NCBI GenBank assembly: GCA_963717955.1
Contig: CAVQXR010000002.1
Location: forward strand, 371,256-435,255
Length of the DNA: 64,000 nt
Direction: 5' to 3'
Origin: an uncultured Thermoleophilia bacterium
GTDB lineage: Bacteria > Actinomycetota > Thermoleophilia > Gaiellales > Gaiellaceae
Shown here piece by piece: positions 55,283 to 64,000 of this stretch. A model generated the notes under the pieces. It was not told the origin of the DNA. It ran no database searches and saw only the letters and a list, made by a program, of their open reading frames with translations. The position numbers and the translations under genes were made by a program. Within the stretch, counting starts at the first letter, position 1. The number at the start of each line of letters is the position of its first letter.

Positions 55283-55795
55283 ATGAGAGCGAACGACCGG
55301 CACGAGGCGTCGGGCTACGGCGCCGACGAGTTGCGGACGAGCGTGATCGGCTGTGAGCGAGCCGCCGTGCGCACGATGCTCGAGAGCATCGGCGCGCGTC
55401 TCGACGCCGCCGACATCGAGCTGGCCGAGCTGCGTAGCAGCGTCGCCGACGGGGAACAGGGGCTCGCCCTTGCCGGCGACGAGGGGGCGCTCGAGAAGGC
55501 GATCGAGCTCTCGCGGGAGGTCGCGGTCGCGGTCGCGGCCGGGGCGCGTGACCAGGCCGAGGCGGAGACCGCGGAGGCCGAGCGGGAGTCGGCCGAGCTC
55601 GAACAGCGGGAATCCGCAGCGCTCGAGGAGCTCGCGGCCGAGGTCGAGCGATCCGCTGCGCGGCTCGCCGAGCGGCGGCGCCGCATCGAGGAGGCGGTCG
55701 ACGCGGCGCTGTCCGGGCTGGACGGCGGGTCGGTCGGCGCCGGGTCGCTCGACGGGGTGGCCGAGGCGTTGCGACGGCCCGATCAGCCCTGCTGA
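55283..55795 (+). CDS. coiled-coil protein (DivIVA-like)
   Basis: 170-aa Ala/Glu-rich ORF directly downstream of the previous gene. Confidence 0.45.
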   Translation: MRANDRHEASGYGADELRTSVIGCERAAVRTMLESIGARLDAADIELAELRSSVADGEQGLALAGDEGALEKAIELSREVAVAVAAGARDQAEAETAEAERESAELEQRESAALEELAAEVERSAARLAERRRRIEEAVDAALSGLDGGSVGAGSLDGVAEALRRPDQPC

Positions 55796-55802
55796 GACGC
55801 CG

Positions 55803-57220
55803 TCAGGCGACGACCTCGAGTCTGTCGAGCGTCGGATCCGCGCAGTAGGCGATCCGCGTGCCGTGCCCGTGCGCCTCACGGAGGGCCCGGAGCAGCTCGC
55901 CGGTGATCCGCTCACCGGGTGCGATCGCGGGGATCCCGGGAGGGTAGGGCGCGATGGTCTCGGCCGAGATCCGCCCGATCGCCGCCTCGGCGCGAACCGT
56001 CTCCCGCCGGGCGAAGTACGCTTCGCGGGGCGTCAGCGCGGTCTCCGGCTCGATGCTCCACACGGCGCTGGCTGCGGCGGGGGCGCGCGGCACACCGCGC
56101 CGCCGGCCGAGGGAGCGTTCGAGGGCTGAGACCAGACGCTCGACGGTCTCGTCCGTATCGGCGATCGTGACGAGCGGGACGATGGTGTCGCGGTTCGCAA
56201 GCTCGACGCGGATGCCCTCGGCGACGAGGTCCGCCTCGACGGCGAGCCCGTCCGCGCCCGTCGCGGCGAGCGCGATCACGAGCTTCAGCGGATCGTGGCT
56301 CACGGCGCCCGACGCGCCCGGGACGATCAGCCCATCGAGCGCGAGGAGCCGCTCCCTCGCTCCCGCCACCAGCTCGAGCGCCCTCCCGAGCAGGGGCTCG
56401 CCCTGGGAGGCGAGCAGGGCACGGGCCCGGTCGAGGCTCGCGAGCATCGCGGCCGACGGGCTCGTCGTGTGCAGGGCGTCGAACCCCTCCCGGACACGCC
56501 GCAGGTCGAGCGACCGGTCCCGGGCGAGCAGGTACGCAGTCTGCGTGAAGCCCGTCAGCGTCTTGTGGGCCGAGGTCACGAGCGCATCGGCCCCGGCGCG
56601 AGCGCGTGCGGCGGCAGCGCGGGGTGGAAGCCGAGGTAGGCGCCCCACGCCTGGTCGACGAGCAGCGGGATCCCCGCCGCGGTGCATGCGGCGGCGATCG
56701 CCGGCAGGTCGCTCAGCGCGCCGACGTAGTTCGGCTCGACGAGAAAGACGCCGCATGCGTCCGGTGCCGCGGCGATTGCCGCCTCGACCCGCGCCGTCGG
56801 GATCGAGAGCGCGAGCCCGGTCGCCGGATCGACGTCGGGCCGCACCCAGACCGGCTCGAGGCCCGCGAGCACGATCCCGGCGAGCAGCGACTTGTGGAGG
56901 TTCCTCGAGACGATCAGCCTGGCCCCGGGCTCTCCGAGCGCGAGCGCGAGCGCCTGGTTGCCCTGGGTCGAGCCGTTCAGGCAGAACAGGCACAGGTCGG
57001 CGCCCCAGAGTTCCGCCGCGAGGCGCTCGGCCTGCCCGAGGACGTCGAGCCCGAGATGGAGGTCGTCGGCGCCGGCGGAGAGGGGCAGGTCGAGGCGGAG
57101 CAGCGGGTCGGCGAGCTCGGGCGAGCGCTTGTGCCCCGGCGTCGAGAACGGGGTGATCGAGGGATCCGCGAGGAACGCGTCGACGGCATCCGCTAGGGGC
57201 GTCCGACGCTGATCCGCCGG
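55803..57220 (-). pseudogene. Orn/Lys/Arg decarboxylase-family PLP enzyme with a frameshift near 56590-56603 and no clean in-frame start
   Basis: The N-terminal part ...FSTPGHKRSPEL...CLNGSTQGNQAL...LLVDQAWGAYLGFHPALPPHALA is in the ORF 56576-57550 frame. The C-terminal part GADALVTSAHKTLTGFTQTAYLL... is in the ORF 55803-56993 frame. The nearest ATG (57189) is out of frame by one. Confidence 0.75.
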
Positions 57221-57248
57221 GGTAGGAGGGCCAGGCAGGTCCCGACCC

Positions 57249-58493
57249 CTACAGGGAGCTGCGGATGATTTCCGCGAGGTCGTCGACGCCCGCCTCGCGC
57301 GGCGACACGACGAGCAGGCGCTGCTGCTTGGAGGCGCCCTCGGCGATGGCGGGCACGTCCTCCTCCGTGTACCCGAGCTCGCGCGAGCGTCGTCGGCGCG
57401 CCGACGTCGCGCATCAGCTGCGCGAACGTGTCCGCGAGGTCGTGCGCCGCCGAGCAGCCGGGCCGCCTCGCGGTGCCGGTCGGGGGCGGCAGGCTCCGTG
57501 AAGCGGAACGCGGCCGGCGCGGTCACGGTGACCGAGAACCCGTGCGGCACGAAGGGATGGCGCGTCCGGATAGCCGGCCGGCGTCCACGCGTGCTTCAGC
57601 GACGCGATGGGGTAGGCGCAGGCGTGCGGGATGTGGACGCCCGCGCTGCCGAAGCCGACGCCGGCCGATCGTCGCGGCGAGCATCATCGCGCTTCGCGCC
57701 TCGACGTCGGAACCGTCGGCGACGGCCCGGCGCAGGTAGCGGCCGCCGGACTCGAGCGCCTGGGCGCTCCAGAGGTCGGCGATCGGGTTCGAGCCCTGGT
57801 AGGGCGGGCGCTCGTCGGGGGCCGACTTCTCGCGCGAGTCGAAGGGGCGTGCGGTGATAGGACTCGGCCGCGTGGCAGACGACGTCGAGCCCGCACGACG
57901 CGGTGACGGCCGCCGGGAGGGCTCTCGCGTGAGCAGCGGGTCGACGATCGCCGATCCGCGGGCGCAGGTAGCGGTGCGAGATCCCGGTCTTCACGCCGAG
58001 GCGGGGAAAGTCGACGATCGCGACCGACGTCGCCTCGCTGCCGGTGCCGGCGGTCGTCGGGACGGCGACGACGGGGCAGCAGCGGCCCGGGCACGCCGGC
58101 GTGCCCTCCCGATCGGCCTGTTGACGTAGTCGCAGCAGCTCGCCGCCGTGCGTCGCGAAGAGCGCCGCGATCTTCGCGGTGTCGAGCGACGAGCCGCCGC
58201 CGACGCCGACGAAGCCGTCGAACCCGCCGTCACGGGCGACGGCGATCGCGTCGAGCGACCGATTCCTCGTTCGGCTCCACGCGTGCCTTCGCATACACCT
58301 CGGTCTCGATCCCGAGCTCGCGCGATCGCGGCCCGCACGCGCTCCGTGATCCCGAGGTCGTGCGACGTGGGGGTCGCAGACGAGCATCGCCCGCGTGACA
58401 CCGAGCCGGCGCAGGTGAAAGCCCGTCTCGGTCGAGCCGCGCCGGCGCCGAACACGATCGGGGTCGCCTCGACGTGAAGACGGTCTCGTTCAC
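57249..58493 (-). pseudogene. iron-containing alcohol dehydrogenase (hydroxyacid-oxoacid transhydrogenase-like), at least 8 frame changes
   Basis: Family blocks are scattered over all three frames: VNETVF / [10 protein letters not shown] / MLVCDPHVA / [21 protein letters not shown] / GFDGFVGVGGGSSLDTAKIAA / VVAVPTTAGTGSEAT / DVVCHAAESY / PHGFSVTVTAPAAFRF / LAEIIRSSL-stop. Confidence 0.7.
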
Positions 58494-59372
58494 AGCGCCT
58501 CCTGCTCCTCCGCTCTGCCAGCGCGGACGAGGCCGAGCGAGCTCGTTCAGCTCGCCGAACTCCATCAGGTTCGGTCGAGCACCTCGCGCTCGTCCGATCG
58601 CGTCAGCAGCGTCGGTCGCGATCTCGCGGGCCGACTGCGCGGCCGCGAACAGCGTCGTCGTCGGGTAGAGCGCGATCGCGATAGCCGAGCGCCTGCCGAT
58701 CTCCTCGCGGTGAGAGCAGCGGCGTCTTGCCGTGCTCGGAGATAGTTCGCGACGAGCGGCCGGTCGACGGCTGCGGCGATCGCGCTGCATCTCGTCGACG
58801 GAGCGCGGCGCGTCGGGAAAGATGACGTCGGCGCCGGCCTCGGCGTAGGCCTGCATCCGGTCGATCGCGTCGTCGAGCCCGGTGACGGCGATCGCGTCGG
58901 TGCGGGCGATGATGACGGTGTCCGGGTTTGCGCGCGCGGCGAGCGCGGCCCGCACCTTCGTGCACCATCTCGTCGCGCGGGATGACCTGCTTGCCCTCCA
59001 TGTGGCCGCAGCGCTTGGGGAACGTCTGATCCTCGATCTGGATCGCCGCGGCGCCCGCGCGCTCGTACTCGCGCACGGTGCGGGCGACGTTCGTCGAGCT
59101 CGCCGTAGCCGGTGTCGGCGTCGGCGATCGACCGGTAGCGACACGGCGCTCGTGATCCGCGCGACGTGATCGGCTCATCTCGGTGCCGCGTCATGATCCC
59201 GATGTCCGGCAGCCCGAAGTTAGCGGCGGCGGCTCCGTAGCCGCCCGTGTAGACGCGCTCGAAGCCCGGCCTGCTCGAGGACGCGGGCGACGAGCGCGTT
59301 GTAGGCGCCGGGAACGAGGATCGTCTCGCCCCGGTCGACCAGGAGCTCGCGGAGTCGGCCGGCGGGAGTCAC
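58490..59372 (-). pseudogene. isocitrate lyase/PEP mutase family (methylisocitrate-lyase-like), multiple frameshifts
   Basis: Blocks sit in different frames: LRELLVDRGETILVPGAYNALVARVLEQAG / [10 protein letters not shown] / [33 protein letters not shown] / [36 protein letters not shown] / [12 protein letters not shown] / EEQEAL-stop. The stop overlaps the GTG of the next gene. Confidence 0.7.
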
Positions 59373-59394
59373 GATCGCACGATACGACGCGGCC

Positions 59395-60710
59395 GTGATA
59401 CAGCCAGCCGAGGCGACCGTCGTCTTCTTCCCCGAGGGGGCGTTCGGGCCGACGAACAACTGCGTCGGCATCGGCGACGTTCTGCGCCACCGCGGCCACC
59501 GCGTCGTCTTCGTCGTCGAGGAGTCGTTCGCCGGGAACCTCGAGGCGAAGGGCTTCGAGGAGCGTGTCATGCGACTCGGCCCGCCGCCGGAGGTCGAGGA
59601 GATCGCCCGGCCAGTTCTGGAAGGACTTCATCCGCGACACGGCGCCTCATTTCCGCCGCCCGACGATCGAGCAGCTCGGGCTCTTCCTGCAGCCCGACCT
59701 GGCAGGCGCTGATCGACGGTTCGAAGTACGTCAACGACCGGCTCGTCGAGATCTTCGACGAGCTCCGGCCGGACGTGATCGTCGAGGACAACGTCGTCGC
59801 GTTCCCGGCGATCTCTGCGTCCGGCAGGCCGTGGGTGCGCGATCGTGTCGTGCAACCCGCTCGAGCTGCGCGATCCGGACATGCCGCCGGTCTTCTCCGG
59901 ATACCCGATCGCGACCGCACGGGCTGGGACGACTTCCGCGAGGAGCACCGGCGGACGCACGGGGAGATGTGGGCCGACTTCGACGCGTTCGTGCGGGACC
60001 ACGGCGCGCCGGGCTCTCCCGGACCTCGAGTTCATCCACGAGTCGCCCTTCCTGAACCTCTACGTCTATCCGGACGAGGTCGACTACGAGCGGACGCGGC
60101 CGCTCGCGCCGACCTGGCATCGTCTCGAGTGCTCGGTGCGCCGCACGGACGTCCGCGTGGACGCTGCCGGAGCCGCTCGCGCAGCGGCCGGGAAGGCTCG
60201 TCTACCTCAGCCTCGGCAGCCTCGGCTCCGCCGACCTCGAGCTGATGCAGCGGCTCGTCGACTTCCTCGCGGCCCTGCCGTACCGGGTCGATCGTCAGCA
60301 AGGGCCCCCAGCACGAGCTCCTCGACCTCGCCGACAACATGGTCGGCGCGGAGTTCCTGCCGCAGACGCGCGTGCTGCCGCTGGTCGACCTCGTGATCAC
60401 CCACGGCGGCAACAACACGGCGACGGAGTGTCTCTACTTCGGCAAGCCGACGGTCGTGTCTGCCGCTGTTCTGGGATCAGTACGACAACGCGCAGCGGGT
60501 CGACGAGCTCGGGCTCGGGCGGCGGCTTTCGCACGTACGGCTGCACGGCCGACGAGCTGACCGGCGCGATCGAGCGCGCTGCTCGCCGACGGCGCGCTGC
60601 ACGACAGGCTCGGGGCAATCTCAGCCAGGGTGCAGGCGGCCCCTGGAACGGAGAGGGCCGCCGACCTGATCGAGCGCCTCGCCCGCACGGGCCGCCCCCT
60701 CGTGCGGTGA
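59395..60710 (+). pseudogene. GT1-family (MGT/UDP-glycosyltransferase-like) glycosyltransferase, multiple frameshifts
   Basis: Blocks: VVFFPEGAFGPTNNCVGIGDVLRHRGHRVVFVVEE / FWKDFIRDTAPHF / DVIVEDNVVAFPA / SCNPLELRDPDMPPVFSGYP / LEFIHESPFLNLYVYP / FLPQTRVLPLVDLVITHGGNNTATECLYFGKP. They sit in three frames. Confidence 0.7.
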
Positions 60711-61974
60711 GCGGCGGACACGCGGTCTCGCGTCGCGCGGCGGCGCTCGACCCTGCCTGGATCGGCGGGCAGCGCTGGTTCGCCGGCAAGGGGCGGCCGA
60801 TCGAGCGGATCGAGCAGGTCGCCGGGATCGAGGCTGGGGGCGGCGCACTGCTGCTGGTCGACGTGCACGCGGGCAGGGCGCCCGAGCGCTATGCGGTGCC
60901 GGTGGGGGAGGGTCTCTGGCAGGGGCTCCTCGCGATGCTCGCCGCGGGCCCGCACGACGGTTTCGAGCTCGATCGGCGGGCGGGACGCTGCCCGCGGGCC
61001 CGGAGCGGGAGCTCGGCCTCGACCAGTCGAACACGACCTACGTCCTCGACGAGCGGCTCGTGCTGAAGTGCTACCGGCGCCTGTGGCCGGGGCCTCATCC
61101 GGAGGTCGAGCTCGTCACGCACCTGACCGGGCGCTCGCGGTCGTGCCCGCGGCCCGCGGCGCCGTGCGCTACCGGGAGGCGGGCGGGCGCGAGTGGCCCG
61201 TCGCGCTGCTCCAGGACTACGTCGGGGGCGCCGAGGATGGCTGGGCGTTCGCGCAACGGTTGCTCGCCGACGCGCTCGACGGGCAGGCCGTCGCCGAAGT
61301 GCCGGCCTCGTGGGCCGTCAACCTCGGCCGCGAGACGGCGCTGCTGCACCGGGCGCTGCTCGAGCTCGGCGGACGGGCCGCCTCGCGGGCGGACGTGGAG
61401 CGCGTGGCAGGCGGCCGCGATCGCGCAGCTCGACCACGCGCTCGCGGTGGTCGATCCGCAGACGGCGACCTCGCTCCTCGAGCTGGCACCGCTCGTGCGG
61501 GACGAGCTTGCGGGCTTCGCGGGCTGCGAGGGGTCAGTCGTCTCCCGCGTGCACGGCGACCTGCACCTCGGGCAGGTGCTGCGCTCGCCGGCAGGGTTCC
61601 AGGTCGTCGACTTCGAGGGTGAGCCGACACGCCCGCCCGACGAGCGGCGGCGCTCCAGTCGCCGGTGCGCGACGTCGCCTCGATGCTCCGGTCGTTCGAC
61701 CACGCCGCCCGCTGGCTGCTGCGCGGAGCGGCCGGCGGGCGCCGCCTCGAGCTCGCGCTCGCATGGGCCGGCCGGGCCCGCTCGGGGTTTCTCGACGGCC
61801 TACGAGACGGGGCTCGGCGGTAGCTCGCTGCGGCTCGATCCCGTGCTCCTCCGCGCGTTCGAGGTGGAGAAGGAGACGTACGAGTTCGTCTACGCGGCGA
61901 GCTTCCTGCCCGAGTGGACGCCGATCGCGCTGGCGTCGATGCGCTCGCTCCTGGCATCCTCCGGGACGCCATGA
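60707..61974 (+). pseudogene. maltokinase (Mak/Pep2)-like phosphotransferase, at least 5 frameshifts
   Basis: GQRWFAGKGRPI (N-cap), LVLKCYRRLWPGPHPEVELVTHL, WPVALLQDYVGGAEDGW, SRVHGDLHLGQVL, VVDFEGEP and EVEKETYEFVYAASFLPEW occur in alternating frames. The GTGA start overlaps the GT stop. Confidence 0.7.
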
Positions 61975-62932
61975 GCACTCCCGACGCCTTCCTCACGGAC
62001 ATCCTCGCCGAGCCGGAGACGCTGGCCGGCGTGCTCGACGCCTACGGCGGGACCGGGAGCCCGCTCGACGCGCTCGGTGCGATCGGCGAGCGGCGCTTCG
62101 TCTTCGTCGGGATGGGCAGCTCGCGGTTCGCAGCGCTCGCAGCGGGCGCGCGCCTGCGGGCAGCCGGCGTCGACGCGTACGTCGAGTACGCCTCGGTAGC
62201 GCGCGTCCGCACCGGCGGCCGCCGGCACGCTGACCGTCGCGATCTCGTCGTCGGGGGAGACGCCCGAGACGGTGGAGGCCGCCGAGCGGCTACCGCGGCG
62301 CGGGCCGGCTCGTGGTGGTCACGAACCGGCCCGAGAGCCCGCTGGGTGCGGCCGCAGACGCCGTGCTCCCGCTGCTCGCCGGCAGCGAGGCCGGCGGGAT
62401 CGCCTGCCGGACCTACCAGGCGACGGTAGCGGTGCTGCTGATGCTCTGCGGCAGGTCGCCGGGGAGCCCGGGCTGCGGTGCTGCGCCCTGCCGTCGGCGC
62501 TGTCGGTGCGCCTGGTCGACTCGCGCGACGAGTGGGTGGGCCCGCGCTCGAGATGCTCGGCGGCGGCCCGGTCGACGTCGTGGCGCCCGCCGAGCGCCTG
62601 TCCTCTGCCGAGCAGTCTGCGCTGATGCTTCGCGAGGCGCCACGGATCCGCGCCGCGGCCTGCGAGACGGGCGACTGGCTGCACGTCGATCTCTACCTGA
62701 CGCGGCCGCCGGGCTACCGGGCGATCCTCTTCCCGGGCTCGCGGTTCGACGCCGGGTTCGTCGAGTGGATCGAGCGGCGCGGCTGCGCGTTCGTCTCGAT
62801 CGGACAGCCGGTGCCCGGCGCCGCGCTTCACGTGGCGTACCCGGGCGCACGGGACCGCTCGTCTCCCTGCTCGTCGAGACGACCGCGGTCGAGCTTCTCG
62901 CCGCCGAGCTCTGGCGTCGCCAGCAGGCATAG
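61971..62932 (+). pseudogene. SIS (sugar isomerase/phosphosugar-binding) domain protein, at least 3 frameshifts
   Basis: MSTPDAFLTDILAEPETL...RFVFVGMGSSRFAA is in one frame, VAISSSGETPETVEAAE in another, and VVVTNRPESPLGAAADAVLPL and SLLVETTAVELLAAELWRR in others. ATGA start overlap. Confidence 0.65.
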
Positions 62933-62999
62933 CGGCTTTTCCCCGGTCGCGGACGCGCAGGTCCCTGAGCGTCTCGCCGACGTCGATGCCCGGCAGCCG

Positions 63000-64000
63000 T
63001 TAGCCGAGTGCGGGACGCCGCTCGCCGACCCGGGTCGCCTGCTCGAACGCGTGGGCAAGCTGGAGAACGCCGAGGTCGTCCCGGTGGCGCCCGACGAGCT
63101 GGAGGCCGACGGGCAGCCCGTCCGGGGTGAATCCGGCAGGGACGGAGATCGCGGGGCAGGCCGTGACCGTGATGTCGGAGCAGCTGCGCATCCAGTCGAC
63201 GTAGGTCTCCATCTCGACGCCGCGGATCTCCCGGACCCATTCGATCTCGACGTCGAACGGCGGCACCTGAACGGTCGGGAGTGCGAGGAAGTCGACGTCC
63301 TCCATGAACCGCCGGACGCGCTCCCGCAGCGCGGCGTGCTCGCGAAGCGCCCTTGCGACGTCAGGCGCGGTGAGACGCCGTGCGAGCTCCAGGTTCCAGC
63401 GGATCGTGTCCTTGAGCGACTCAGGGTTGGCGTCGTACTCGGGGCCGAGCCCCACCTCGAACTCGACGGCCCGCAGCACCTGGAAGATCTCGCCCGCGTC
63501 CTCGAGTCTCGGGAAGCCGTCGACGACCTCGCACCGAAGCTCCTCGAGCGCCCGCCGCGCGGGGGCGAGGGCCGCGGTCACGGCGGGATCGACGGGCAGC
63601 CCGCCGGCGTCGTCGCTCCACGCGACTCTCACGCCGCGGACGGCGCGATCGAGAGGCTCGGCGAAGACGGACCCCGGCCCGGCGAGGGCGATCGGCGAGC
63701 GGGGATCCGGGCCGGCGATCGCCGAGAGCAGGAGGGCGACATCGGCGACGGTCCGCGCCATGGGCCCCTCCACGGAGAGCTCAGACCACGGCGCCTCGGT
63801 CGGCCAGACGGGCACCCGGCCGGGTGAGGGCCTGAAGCCGACCACGTTGCAGAAGGACGCGGGGTTCCGGAGCGAGCCTCCCATGTCGCTCCCGTCGGCG
63901 ATCGGGACCATCCCGCTGGCAAGCGCGGTGGCCGCACCGCCGCTCGACCCGCCGCAGGTCTTCGAGAGGTCGTAGGGGTTGCGCGTCGCGCCGAAGACCG
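63000..64000 (-). CDS. amidase-signature family amidase; N-terminal end lies beyond the window end
   Basis: The track ORF 63000-63911 continues open to base 64000: ...VFGATRNPYDLSKTCGGSSGGAATALASGMVPIADGSDMGGSLRNPASFCNVVGFRPS. Confidence 0.85.
   Translation of the reverse strand, partial: VFGATRNPYDLSKTCGGSSGGAATALASGMVPIADGSDMGGSLRNPASFCNVVGFRPSPGRVPVWPTEAPWSELSVEGPMARTVADVALLLSAIAGPDPRSPIALAGPGSVFAEPLDRAVRGVRVAWSDDAGGLPVDPAVTAALAPARRALEELRCEVVDGFPRLEDAGEIFQVLRAVEFEVGLGPEYDANPESLKDTIRWNLELARRLTAPDVARALREHAALRERVRRFMEDVDFLALPTVQVPPFDVEIEWVREIRGVEMETYVDWMRSCSDITVTACPAISVPAGFTPDGLPVGLQLVGRHRDDLGVLQLAHAFEQATRVGERRPALG

Overview
High-GC (about 70% G+C by eye, GC3-rich codons) actinobacterial-type chromosomal segment. 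It is almost fully coding. I saw no rRNA, tRNA, CRISPR array or transposase. Content: (i) 1-9.1 kb catabolic cluster with amidase, C45 Ntn-hydrolase, ATP-grasp enzyme, LLM/F420-type oxidoreductase, a three-subunit molybdenum hydroxylase (FAD, 2Fe-2S, Mo subunits) and a cupin. (ii) P450, class-III aminotransferase and a PPOX-family protein. (iii) De novo purine genes in three minus-strand blocks (purF-purL; purQ-purS-purC-purB; purE-purD). (iv) Transporters, glutaryl-CoA dehydrogenase, a receiver/histidine-kinase/LuxR regulator set and a K+ channel. (v) A methylated-amine/osmolyte module: Rieske oxygenase, dimethylglycine-oxidase-like enzyme, GmaS-like glutamine-synthetase homologue, an MgsABC-like trio and a class-III alcohol/formaldehyde dehydrogenase. 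(vi) A 57.2-62.9 kb block of five consecutive genes, each broken by many frameshifts. The most notable signals are four. First, a five-copy family of CTAG-bounded inverted-repeat elements (about 168 bp full length) with covarying helices and a conserved core. Second, a linalool-dehydratase/isomerase-like gene whose second catalytic-Cys codon is an in-frame TGA followed by a SECIS-like hairpin. Third, a GTGA-coupled pair of tiny ORFs with unusual composition. Fourth, isolated single-base frameshifts in purL, the kinase, the DMGO-like, GmaS-like, lipoprotein and decarboxylase genes, which may be sequence errors. All family assignments come from motif recognition by eye, not database searches.
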